The notes under the pieces: generated by a model
Told to the model about the DNA's origin: nothing
The model's database searches: none
Seen by the model: only the letters and a program-made list of their open reading frames with translations
Part shown: in pieces, positions 20,587 through 29,830 of the stretch
How the letters are laid out: every line of letters begins with the position of its first letter
Numbering within the stretch: the first letter of the stretch is position 1
Made by a program: the position numbers and the translations under genes
From: a virus
Taxonomy: Duplodnaviria > Heunggongvirae > Uroviricota > Caudoviricetes
Direction: 5' to 3' (one strand)
Virus record (IMG/VR): IMGVR_UViG_3300033073_000554
Span: 1 to 64,000 of that record
DNA length: 64,000 nt

Positions 20587-21235
20587 GATTAAAAATCAAA
20601 TCCATAACAGTTAGATATGGTATAAATGGTTCAAATCTTTGTTTATATACTGGATGATCATAGTGTTGCCATATCAGTTCAATATTATTATCATCGAAGT
20701 CTTTTTGGAATATATATCGTAGTGACCCAGCACCAGACCCTGAGATATATGATGTAGCACCAAGCTCTTTTAAAATATTCATTATTCGTACCCCACCTGT
20801 TCCAATAGCTTTTAAATCTGAACTATAAACTATCTCAGTTTTAATATCCAATATTTTGAATATCAATTTTATTATAGTCATGTTCACATCAACTAAATAT
20901 GGTTGAAAATTCATGGCTTCAAATAATGCATCGCTATAATCATTATAGAATGGGCACTTAGAATAAAATGTTGCAAAATATTCTTTATGTAATTCTAAAC
21001 GATTACTATGAATCAATTCGACATCTCTGAATTGTCGCTCCAGTTTATGCCTATTGATATGCATTGCTATTATTTTATCCCCCGTGTTTGTTCGTATCTT
21101 ATTACGGTTTCCAAAATGCTTTTTACCAACTGGATATTGAACATCGTCAAATACTACCCAGATATCACTTTTGATTATTTTATCAAAATAACCAAGCCAT
21201 GGAAGATAATTTGGTTGATGTATACTTACTCGCAT
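20546..21235 (-). CDS. WbqC-like family protein
   Basis: characteristic N-terminus MRVSIHQPNYLPWLGYFDKI and ~230-aa length. Confidence 0.75.
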   Translation of the reverse strand: MRVSIHQPNYLPWLGYFDKIIKSDIWVVFDDVQYPVGKKHFGNRNKIRTNTGDKIIAMHINRHKLERQFRDVELIHSNRLELHKEYFATFYSKCPFYNDYSDALFEAMNFQPYLVDVNMTIIKLIFKILDIKTEIVYSSDLKAIGTGGVRIMNILKELGATSYISGSGAGSLRYIFQKDFDDNNIELIWQHYDHPVYKQRFEPFIPYLTVMDLIFNHGPESRKILLNEK

Positions 21236-21418
21236 GCTACACTATCTTTTTTAATGTTTATATTCGATATTAAAACTTCTTCTTTTTGATCATTTTGAGC
21301 GCATCCCCAACATATATCATCTGGCATTCCAAATATTGTCAGATTAATTTCATCGCTGCATACTTTACATTTCATAATAACTATTTTTCACGTATAATAC
21401 CCAATTTTAACGGATATT

Positions 21419-21850
21419 TTAGATATACTCAATTTCGTTCACTTCTGGATTTTCAACCAATGTGATCTTAAAGTAATCTGGGTACGTATCTAAAATATCA
21501 ATTGATAATCTAACACCATTATATTCGATATATGTGTCGTTGAAAATAATTTTAGATTTACCACTGATATCAAGTTCTTCAGTGTATGGTAAATATATAA
21601 TATCTCCCTTCATCATTCCCGGAAATGTTGTAACCACCTCAATTCGTTTTGCCATGGTTGGTACAACACTTATTATATGATTTTGAAGTAATCTAAATTT
21701 AGTATCCCTTGATACTTCTAAATCTCGTATGTGGGATCCACTAATTTTCACATTCTCCTGATATTCAATGCCGTCTATCGTGCAGTGACAAATAGTGTAA
21801 AGTGATACATTTCCATTATCAAGATAATCTCTAGTAATAATTTTTTTCAT
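21419..21850 (-). CDS. hypothetical protein
   Basis: 143-aa ORF. Confidence 0.45.
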   Translation of the reverse strand: MKKIITRDYLDNGNVSLYTICHCTIDGIEYQENVKISGSHIRDLEVSRDTKFRLLQNHIISVVPTMAKRIEVVTTFPGMMKGDIIYLPYTEELDISGKSKIIFNDTYIEYNGVRLSIDILDTYPDYFKITLVENPEVNEIEYI

Positions 21851-21861
21851 GTTAATTTATT

Positions 21862-22227
21862 TTAATATTTAAAAATTTTAATTGATTCTATATTATGTTC
21901 CTTGGCAATATTGATCATATGCATCGTTCCTCGACTCTCTCCATCCCAAAATGCTATCAATCCATCAGCGTATTCAGCCATTTGAACATTTCTCTTATAA
22001 CCAGCACTATTTCCAAAGAAGTGCCAATGTGCTGGAAAATATTTAACTGGATATCCTCTGGATTCAGCATATGCTTCTCCCATCTTATCAGCTCCAGCAG
22101 CTAGTCCACATACAATTTCAATAGTTTCACCTTCGGCTAATTCAATACTTGATATTACTTCATCACAACTCTTAACTAAATAATCATAGTCATTGAAATT
22201 TCTACCTCCAGCTATTATTATCTTCAT
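21862..22227 (-). CDS. DUF2493 / SLOG-family (LOG/DprA-like Rossmann) protein
   Basis: MKIIIAGGRNFNDYDYL ... IVCGLAAGADKMGEAYAE, ~120 aa, typical of the phage DUF2493 family. Confidence 0.6.
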   Translation of the reverse strand: MKIIIAGGRNFNDYDYLVKSCDEVISSIELAEGETIEIVCGLAAGADKMGEAYAESRGYPVKYFPAHWHFFGNSAGYKRNVQMAEYADGLIAFWDGESRGTMHMINIAKEHNIESIKIFKY

Positions 22228-22330
22228 AATATATGTTTATCCAATAAATAATATTAGTAACTTTGCAAAAGCTATTCCAGCAATTATAGCTAATATTATT
22301 GAAACTACTAATTTTATAATTGATGATTTA

Positions 22331-22591
22331 TTAGTTTCCATTTTGTAGGTATTTTTTAACTTCTGACTCATAATCAAAATCATGATTATTGATTAGTTTT
22401 TTATCGTTTAAATAAACTAAAAAATTAACTAACTGTCCACTTCTACTACTTACATCTGGTTTGTGTAATTTAGTTTGTGCAACCGAAATAACAATTTCGA
22501 GTAATTCATGCTGCCACTGAGTTAGTGCCTTATCATCATAATATAATGCGTCTATAATATTTTGCGCTTTTTGTAATTCTCTATTATCCAT
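22331..22591 (-). CDS. hypothetical protein
   Basis: 86-aa ORF. Confidence 0.35.
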   Translation of the reverse strand: MDNRELQKAQNIIDALYYDDKALTQWQHELLEIVISVAQTKLHKPDVSSRSGQLVNFLVYLNDKKLINNHDFDYESEVKKYLQNGN

Positions 22592-22599
22592 ATAATTAG

Positions 22600-24060
22600 T
22601 TATATCGAATGATCATATACATTTGGTTTCCCATTTCCATTATTTTCAGTTATCACGAATCCACCAGTAGATGTATAACCAAGGGTTTCTGAATAAAAGT
22701 TCCCCGTAAACAATGCGGGTAATACAATTTTCCTATAATTCGCTTCATCATCTGAAACTGCTACATATGTGTTGAACATCAATGGTCTATTAACTTTAGT
22801 TTTATGGGTATGTCTACTATGAATATGTCCTGATAGCCACAATGTAAAGACATTCGTAGATCCGAATAAATTCACCATTTTACCAATATCTTTCTTGTCC
22901 ATTTTGAAATGACCATGTGTTAATAGATAACATATACCATCGATCGTCGGTCTTAAACAATAAGTGTGGTAATTAAATTTGATACTTTGCATTTTCAGAC
23001 TCAATATATGAGACAATAATTCTGCCGCACCTCCTTCATTGTCAATATCAGCTTGTGGAGTCAATCTATCATGGTTCCCAGATATAACATTAACTTCGGC
23101 TAAATTGTTTATTTTATTTAAAAAATCTCCGATCATTGTTGCGGCAAGTATGATGACCTTTGCACCATACATGCCTTTACCCAATGATTTAAATGTATTT
23201 AAATGGTTTAACCCAGATATTGATTCAAAATAATCCCCTAGCATATTCACGTGCACTTGCGAATACCCATAACTATTGATAACGGTCGCAATTCGATCTA
23301 AATATCCAACCAAAATATCAGTATTAAAATCTGGAGTCAATATTAAGTCGCTAACATCTGCCCCAATGTGAAAGTCTGCTAAATTTAATACTCCAACGCC
23401 TCTTGTTGGATTATGATTTACTGGGTTGTGTCTAAAATTTTCTATTGAAATTAATACGTCGTCAATTAGTTTCTGGTATTCAATCTCTGGATTCTTTTCA
23501 ATCGGTTTAAATTTAATCCAGCATCCATAATTTGTTATAGTAACTGGAACTAATACTTTAGTATCAACACTATCGATATTTTGAATTTCTTCAACTTTCA
23601 TTGTTACATCCCACGAATTGAACCCATGAGATTCTACTCTCCACACATTTAAATCGACCTTCGAAAATTCTAGCGCATCTTCAAGTGATTGTATAGATTT
23701 TGTAGTTTTACCTTTAAATATGGCTTCAGTATCTGTTACATTAAATTCCCTTTGTCCACCAGCTGGAGTGGATTGATTTAAGTCAATTGCCAAATGTGTC
23801 GGTGCTCCACTTCTAGTAACCGTATTATCAGTTTCATCGGTATTGGATGAAATGTGCATTCTACCAATATACTGATCTACGGTGTATCCAGTTTTTGAAA
23901 AATTTTTCCACAATTTTCTAACTCTTTGACCAACTACTGAAGATGGTTCGACTCCGTATAATTTTTCCAATTCTACCCATGACCTGTCTGATTTACCATT
24001 GGTAAGCATCTCATTTAGAAATTCTCTTACACCACGTTTAGGATTATTTATTTTTCTCAT
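22600..24060 (-). CDS. calcineurin-like metallophosphoesterase with ~200-aa N-terminal extension
   Basis: motifs LADFHIGADV (D-x-H), MLGDYFES (GD-x-x-D/E), GNHDRL (GNHD), LTHGHF and SGHIHSRH (GH-x-H). Confidence 0.7.
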   Translation of the reverse strand: MRKINNPKRGVREFLNEMLTNGKSDRSWVELEKLYGVEPSSVVGQRVRKLWKNFSKTGYTVDQYIGRMHISSNTDETDNTVTRSGAPTHLAIDLNQSTPAGGQREFNVTDTEAIFKGKTTKSIQSLEDALEFSKVDLNVWRVESHGFNSWDVTMKVEEIQNIDSVDTKVLVPVTITNYGCWIKFKPIEKNPEIEYQKLIDDVLISIENFRHNPVNHNPTRGVGVLNLADFHIGADVSDLILTPDFNTDILVGYLDRIATVINSYGYSQVHVNMLGDYFESISGLNHLNTFKSLGKGMYGAKVIILAATMIGDFLNKINNLAEVNVISGNHDRLTPQADIDNEGGAAELLSHILSLKMQSIKFNYHTYCLRPTIDGICYLLTHGHFKMDKKDIGKMVNLFGSTNVFTLWLSGHIHSRHTHKTKVNRPLMFNTYVAVSDDEANYRKIVLPALFTGNFYSETLGYTSTGGFVITENNGNGKPNVYDHSI

Positions 24061-24062
24061 AG

Positions 24063-24521
24063 TTATATTTTAGTTGTTGATATAGATTCCAAATTAAATT
24101 CCCGATCATTCTGATATGAATTTTCGATATCCGCAGTCATATTCATGATACTTGTAGTAATGGTATTCCACATTATTTTAATCACTTCTTCTATTGATGC
24201 GGTTTTACACGAAATGAAATTGATCTTAGATTCTACGGTTTCTAATAATGATATATTCGGATCAGTCGCGTCTATTAAAATTGATCCATCAAACATTTTC
24301 ATATATGCATCAAATGATACGTTAGGTGATATATAAAATCTACTTATAATATCATCCGGGCGTATTTCAGATCCATTCAATATACGAAACTCAAATTCAA
24401 AATCATATGAGTTTAAATTTAACTTGTTTTCTTTAAATATACCAATTCCAATTGGGTTATCTACGCCAATTAAATACGTATATGTAAAATCCTCGTGTAA
24501 TGTTGTCTTTTTTAGTTTCAT
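24063..24521 (-). CDS. hypothetical protein
   Basis: 152-aa ORF. Confidence 0.45.
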   Translation of the reverse strand: MKLKKTTLHEDFTYTYLIGVDNPIGIGIFKENKLNLNSYDFEFEFRILNGSEIRPDDIISRFYISPNVSFDAYMKMFDGSILIDATDPNISLLETVESKINFISCKTASIEEVIKIMWNTITTSIMNMTADIENSYQNDREFNLESISTTKI

Positions 24522-25900
24522 GTCGTTCCAGTTCCTATGTATTGTTGTTGTTCAAAAATATTATTTAATTTTAATTTTGTCTCACTTTCCATTTTTTCAT
24601 CTGCCGCCTTCATTCTACCAACTATATGACTACCCTGTGTACTCTTAGGTTGAACTACATCTATTATGCCCTTATTTGTATCCATGGTTGATACAAAAGT
24701 CATCCCATCTCTACCTAACCTATTTTTCACGATGTGTATCTTAGCAGTATTAGCTACTTTATCTGAATCTTTTCGTGTTAACGATATCATGAAATCCGCT
24801 GTATGATGTTTACCAATCGATTCGGAAATTTTATCTGCTCCAATGACATCTTCAGCATATGAATCCCTAGTACTCTGCGATGCAGTCCACAATGGAATCA
24901 TATATTCTCCAGCGAGTCCACGGAGTTGTTGATATAATACTCGTAATCGCTGGTCCGTTCTATCTCTTTCATTCCCACCCAATTCCATTAGATCTGCGTA
25001 ATCTAATACAACCATATCTGGTTTATTACCAAGTAAAATCGATTTATCTATGAATGATCTGAGGCCATTTATTGATAATGTATTTTCGGCATACCATTTT
25101 ATTTCAATTTTACCAGTCAACTCGGAATATTTAGCCTTCACTTCATCTAAATGTGCACTCATATACATCGATGGTATATTAGTTAATATAACATCATGTC
25201 TGATTGCTACATATGTTTCCATCAATTCTAAAGTGACATATAATACATTATACCCAGCTTGAGCTGCGGAGAGAGAAATGTGTTGAAGGAGCCACGATTT
25301 ACCAGAACCGCCCGGTCCGACTACCACACCCAGTTCCCCCGGTCCAAGCCCACCCAAAATTATCTCGTTTATACATCCCCACCCAGTAGGTATATATTTC
25401 CTATTGGCAACATCATATCGATTCTCCAACGTTTCAAAATAACTATACGATATATCATTTGATTCTCCGGCTTTAGTAGCTGCATCTATCAAATCACGCA
25501 TCTTGTCCCAATTATTCGTAGGAAGTATATCTATACATTTATAGATTGCATCCTTGAATTTTTGCTCCTTAAAAAAATTTTGGGATTCCTTTTTTATTAA
25601 ATCTAAATCGGTAGAACCGATATTTGTATAAACAGTCTCTAAAGAATTGATTATTTCGATTCTACTTATCTCACTCTCAATTCGATTGATACCTATTTTA
25701 AACGCATCTAAAGTTGGTAAACTTCGGTATTCATTAAAATAGTTCAACGTATAATCCGCAATCCACGTTAATGCTTGAGATTCTAACTGATCTGGTAAAA
25801 ATAAGTCGCACATCCTACTAGTGTAAGACACATCTGTTATCAGAGATGACAATAATTTTACCTGAAATGTATATCCGTAATCAACTAACTTCTCAACCAT
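24518..25900 (-). CDS. DnaB-family replicative helicase (T4 gp41-like)
   Basis: Walker A VVGPGGSGKSW, followed by NVLYVTLELMETYVAIR (compare gp41 NVLYISMEMAEE), RecA-like C-terminal domain, DnaB-like N-terminal domain. Confidence 0.8.
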   Translation of the reverse strand: MVEKLVDYGYTFQVKLLSSLITDVSYTSRMCDLFLPDQLESQALTWIADYTLNYFNEYRSLPTLDAFKIGINRIESEISRIEIINSLETVYTNIGSTDLDLIKKESQNFFKEQKFKDAIYKCIDILPTNNWDKMRDLIDAATKAGESNDISYSYFETLENRYDVANRKYIPTGWGCINEIILGGLGPGELGVVVGPGGSGKSWLLQHISLSAAQAGYNVLYVTLELMETYVAIRHDVILTNIPSMYMSAHLDEVKAKYSELTGKIEIKWYAENTLSINGLRSFIDKSILLGNKPDMVVLDYADLMELGGNERDRTDQRLRVLYQQLRGLAGEYMIPLWTASQSTRDSYAEDVIGADKISESIGKHHTADFMISLTRKDSDKVANTAKIHIVKNRLGRDGMTFVSTMDTNKGIIDVVQPKSTQGSHIVGRMKAADEKMESETKLKLNNIFEQQQYIGTGTT

Positions 25901-26004
25901 TTAAATGATTTTAAATACCAGCTATAATGAATGTTATTTCAATTATTATAACCACTATCATTATCCAACATCTACTAGATAAATTTAACATTATATTATG
26001 TAGA

Positions 26005-26181
26005 CTATTTTCCATTAATATACACGAAATCTTTAATGTAATCAATCAAATCTGAAACCGCAACTGAATTGATATCTAAGCTGGCTAATCTAGGAGATTT
26101 TCCAACCAAGCCTTCGGACAGATCATCATCGGGGTTATCATGAACTAGATTAAGCATTAATTCATATTCTTTAGGTAACAT
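26005..26181 (-). CDS. small hypothetical protein (58 aa)
   Basis: hand-translated MLPKEYELMLNLVHDNPDDDLSEGLVGKSPRLASLDINSV...; fills the gap between helicase and RNase H. Confidence 0.25.
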   Translation of the reverse strand: MLPKEYELMLNLVHDNPDDDLSEGLVGKSPRLASLDINSVAVSDLIDYIKDFVYINGK

Positions 26182-26187
26182 ATATTC

Positions 26188-27255
26188 TCACTTTAAATTG
26201 TTATAGTAATCCAAATGCCCAAACGCTTGATTTAAATTATTTATAAAATAATCACTATACGTGCTCAACCCATCTGTATTATATAGCTTTTTAAATTCAT
26301 ATGGATTGTATTTGGGTATAGTTTTATCAACCCACGCGTGAATATCTAAAATTTGTGCCCCACTTATATTCACCTCATGGAGTTGCATTAATTCCTCGTT
26401 CAGTAATAATGTAGTTTCGTTTTCTACAATAGTTTTTAATAATTTAGGAACCTTTTTTTCGAGTTGCTTTAACTTGCATATTTCAATTATATCATTACAC
26501 GTTAAATATTCAGATCGCAACTCTGGTATATATTTAAGTAAAGTCTTCAATCCAGCTCCCTTAATACCTCGTATATTATCTGAATCATCTCCAGTAAGAG
26601 CTTTATACGTCAAATAATTTCTTGGTAATATATCTAATTCCTCAGCTATTGTAGACTGGGTATATAATTTTTTCTTGGTTGGTGAATACACTTGAACTAT
26701 ATTATTTATCAACTGATAAAAATCTTTATCTGCTGAATAAATAGTCACATTTTTACTATCTTTAAATATTGTAGTAGTAATGTATCCGATTATATCATCT
26801 GCTTCAAGATGATTCATCATAATTACCGTTATTGGTAATAGACTGATGTATTGTTCCAATCTAATTAATTGTTCTTCAAATGATTTGTCCTCACCCATAG
26901 TTGGTCCCATGGGTAAAAATCTATTCAAATTCATTTTATTCTTTCTATTCGACTTATACGCTGGATATAGCTGTCGACGTCTATAGGCACCATCTAATCC
27001 ATCGAACACGGTAATGCACCTAGTTGGTCTAAACTTAGTGACCGCCATCGCTAAGGACCTTAAGAACCCAACTAGGGCACCCACATGTTTTCCATTGTGG
27101 TTAATCGTTGGGACTGCTGAAAACGAACGGATGAATGTGTTTAATCCATCTATTATCAATACTCGTTCGTTTAAGCAGTTCCCATTCAGATGAACCTCAT
27201 TATTAGTTCGCATGAAGTTATCAAACAAATTCTGTAATCCTGATTGTGTCATCAA
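26188..27255 (-). CDS. 5'-3' exonuclease / flap endonuclease (T4 RNase H-like)
   Basis: FEN/Pol I 5'-exo signature LTGDDSDNIRGIKGAGLKTLLKYI (helix-3-turn-helix H3TH) plus an acidic metal-binding N-terminal region. Confidence 0.85.
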   Translation of the reverse strand: MMTQSGLQNLFDNFMRTNNEVHLNGNCLNERVLIIDGLNTFIRSFSAVPTINHNGKHVGALVGFLRSLAMAVTKFRPTRCITVFDGLDGAYRRRQLYPAYKSNRKNKMNLNRFLPMGPTMGEDKSFEEQLIRLEQYISLLPITVIMMNHLEADDIIGYITTTIFKDSKNVTIYSADKDFYQLINNIVQVYSPTKKKLYTQSTIAEELDILPRNYLTYKALTGDDSDNIRGIKGAGLKTLLKYIPELRSEYLTCNDIIEICKLKQLEKKVPKLLKTIVENETTLLLNEELMQLHEVNISGAQILDIHAWVDKTIPKYNPYEFKKLYNTDGLSTYSDYFINNLNQAFGHLDYYNNLK

Positions 27256-28427
27256 ACCTCATCTTCTAGTGATATCGCGGCATCTTTAACATCATCAACA
27301 CTTATAGCGAAATCTGAATCAGTTTTATATACCATGATAAATTTTTCACATATCTCTTTCCACACAGCTTCTCGCACTTTTTCATCTGTAGCTAATATTT
27401 TAGAAAATTGTGATTTACCAACTGCTTTATGTTCTACTCCATCGAGTGTGTAACTATATGTAGCACCATTCACCTTACAGATTTTAAAAACCTTCATGTA
27501 ATCAACCCAAGATCCGTAATTATCTATTCCAGATGCAAAGTAAATATCAAAATTTACAGTTGATAATGGTGGACCCATTCTGTTTTTCGTAACCTTAGCT
27601 TTCGTCCCTCTACCTATCACCCGATTCATACCGTGTACTTCCAACATTTTATTAGTAGTGGCGTCGAGTTTAACTATAACTGAGGCGTAGTGTGGAAGTG
27701 CCTGACCACCGGGCATCCTAAATGGATCCTCAAATGTTTGAGCATTTAATTTCTGCCGCACCTGATTTGTAATAATCATACAAATATTCTGTTCGGCGAT
27801 CAATCCAACTAATCTAGCAAGACCGTTTGCGATAATGATAGATTTGGATGTATTATACCCCTGTTTACCGAAATCACCTTTAACTTCATCATCGGTATGC
27901 GATGCTATGAAACTATCCATCACAATTGTAATCAATTTATTTGGGTCAGCTGCTCTCACCATCCCAATTATTTTATCAATTGAGTCTAATATAGATTCAA
28001 GTGAATTTTGCTCGATATACCACCATTTATCTGCATCTTGGGTGTTGGCACCTATCGCATTAAAAAATGCTTTATTAAATGCATATTCAGTGTCGATATA
28101 AACGCCCAATCCACCGAGTTTCTGTGTATTAGCGATCGCGTGCGCTGCTAACAATGATTTTCCACATTGTTCTTTTCCATATAGTATCGATATTCGACCA
28201 CATGGATACCCACCGTTTGGAATATTACTTATAGCCAGATCAAGCATGCTACACCCCGTCGGAATCCACTTAGTTATTTTCGTTACACTGTCTTCGCCCA
28301 TGGATGAAATAATATTGAATGGGCGATCTTTATATTCCTTATTCATTTGCTTCGTTAACTTTTCAGCTAACTCGGAAAATAAACTGGCATTTTGCGATAT
28401 TGAGGGTTGTTCTTTTTTAGGTGGCAT
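27252..28427 (-). CDS. uvsX: RecA/UvsX-family recombinase
   Basis: RecA core GRISILYGKEQCGKSLLAAHAIANTQKLGG (Walker A), L2-like region, ~390 aa like T4 UvsX. Confidence 0.8.
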   Translation of the reverse strand: MPPKKEQPSISQNASLFSELAEKLTKQMNKEYKDRPFNIISSMGEDSVTKITKWIPTGCSMLDLAISNIPNGGYPCGRISILYGKEQCGKSLLAAHAIANTQKLGGLGVYIDTEYAFNKAFFNAIGANTQDADKWWYIEQNSLESILDSIDKIIGMVRAADPNKLITIVMDSFIASHTDDEVKGDFGKQGYNTSKSIIIANGLARLVGLIAEQNICMIITNQVRQKLNAQTFEDPFRMPGGQALPHYASVIVKLDATTNKMLEVHGMNRVIGRGTKAKVTKNRMGPPLSTVNFDIYFASGIDNYGSWVDYMKVFKICKVNGATYSYTLDGVEHKAVGKSQFSKILATDEKVREAVWKEICEKFIMVYKTDSDFAISVDDVKDAAISLEDEV

Positions 28428-28437
28428 TATATATTAT

Positions 28438-29379
28438 TTATTTTTTAAAATAATTCGAAAATGTGGATTTAACATCGTCTGGAGTTGTGTTTACAATATT
28501 ACCACCATTTGCAGTACCGTTCACCGCTGGTATTGTAGCCGATAAAACATTTTGCGACTGTGGTATTACCACTGAATATGGAGTGTTAGTGCTTTGCATT
28601 TGACCAGTTTGGCCAGTTTGACCAGAATATTGTGGTTGCGGTTGCTGTTGTTGTTGATTAACTACATTAGTAGGATTTACTAAATTTGCAGCTTTCAAAT
28701 CAACTTTCTTTCCACCATTATCTGAGAATTTTTTAAGTAAATCTGTCATCTCATCCATGGTTGGTTCCTGTAAAATACTTTGAACCGTTGGCATTTTAAC
28801 AATCATATCAGCAACTGATTGAAGATTCGTAGCTGGAGAAGTATTGGGCATTGCTAAAATAATGTTTTGAGCATATTCTCCCTCTTTAACAGGTTTGGTG
28901 TGCGTCACTTTTAAATCTCTTCCAGTTTCAAAATCAGTTATGTCACCATATTCAACCATTTCGAATATCGCCATCAATTTTTCATGATCTTTATTTGACA
29001 TATCCCAAAATTTTACCCCCTCTTCTTCTTTACCTCTGATTAGAATTGGTACATAATACCTAACAGTTGGGTCACACATGTTAGCCACTTTATACATATT
29101 CTTATCTTGACTGCCTCCAGCCTGTGCTCTGACTGCATCACCATACTCTCTAATCGGATCTGGTTTACCAAATGTTGATAGTGAAATAAATGGTGTTGAA
29201 CAAATATTGAAATGTTTCCACACCGTGGTAATCGGCCAGTCTAAATTATGGATATACGGAAGTATTCTCACATAATAATCACCAGCTTCCTTCGGTTTCC
29301 ATTCGGATTTGTTACCACTCTTACGAGCTGTTTGAGCTTGAGCTTTCGCCTTCATCTCTTTAACTAAATTTAAGTTCAT
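28438..29379 (-). CDS. putative ssDNA-binding protein (gp32-like)
   Basis: lies between UvsX and the polymerase; basic N-terminus, central core, Q/G-rich low-complexity C-terminal tail; architecture and synteny only. Confidence 0.45.
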   Translation of the reverse strand: MNLNLVKEMKAKAQAQTARKSGNKSEWKPKEAGDYYVRILPYIHNLDWPITTVWKHFNICSTPFISLSTFGKPDPIREYGDAVRAQAGGSQDKNMYKVANMCDPTVRYYVPILIRGKEEEGVKFWDMSNKDHEKLMAIFEMVEYGDITDFETGRDLKVTHTKPVKEGEYAQNIILAMPNTSPATNLQSVADMIVKMPTVQSILQEPTMDEMTDLLKKFSDNGGKKVDLKAANLVNPTNVVNQQQQQPQPQYSGQTGQTGQMQSTNTPYSVVIPQSQNVLSATIPAVNGTANGGNIVNTTPDDVKSTFSNYFKK

Positions 29380-29407
29380 GTTGATAAAATTTAAAAATTA
29401 AAAAAAA

Positions 29408-29830
29408 CTATTTTGTGTTATCTAATAATATTAATGGCATTCCTATATCTTCACTATCTGTGATATCGATATTCAGTAAAAATCTGTCTCGATATATATC
29501 CCACTGTATTTGATACTCATGATCCATAGTATTATTATTCGATCGTATTATTATTGCATTTAACGCATTTATTGTATAAAGTGTGTTCGTATATGATTTT
29601 CTATGTATTTTTATAGTGTTATCGTGTACATATTTATTTGATGAATCTACGTAATATATACATATTACTCCATCTCGTGTGTATAAATTTTTATATATGT
29701 CAATGTTTCCAATAGTTTCTGGTATTTTTTCATGTAATAAATCGGTTGTATTTTTTAAGTTTTTAATATTTACAAATGTGCATAATATAGTCTTACGCGG
29801 CTGAGTTATTTTTAAGTTTTCCGACAACAC
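29408..29830 (-). CDS. hypothetical protein
   Basis: 140-aa ORF overlapping the polymerase gene's 3' end by 38 nt. Confidence 0.4.
   Translation of the reverse strand: MLSENLKITQPRKTILCTFVNIKNLKNTTDLLHEKIPETIGNIDIYKNLYTRDGVICIYYVDSSNKYVHDNTIKIHRKSYTNTLYTINALNAIIIRSNNNTMDHEYQIQWDIYRDRFLLNIDITDSEDIGMPLILLDNTK

Noticed and set aside
22600-24060. Calling the phosphoesterase T4 gp47 (Mre11)
   Set aside because: No Rad50/gp46 partner is adjacent and the N-terminal extension is atypical. Kept as a generic metallophosphoesterase.
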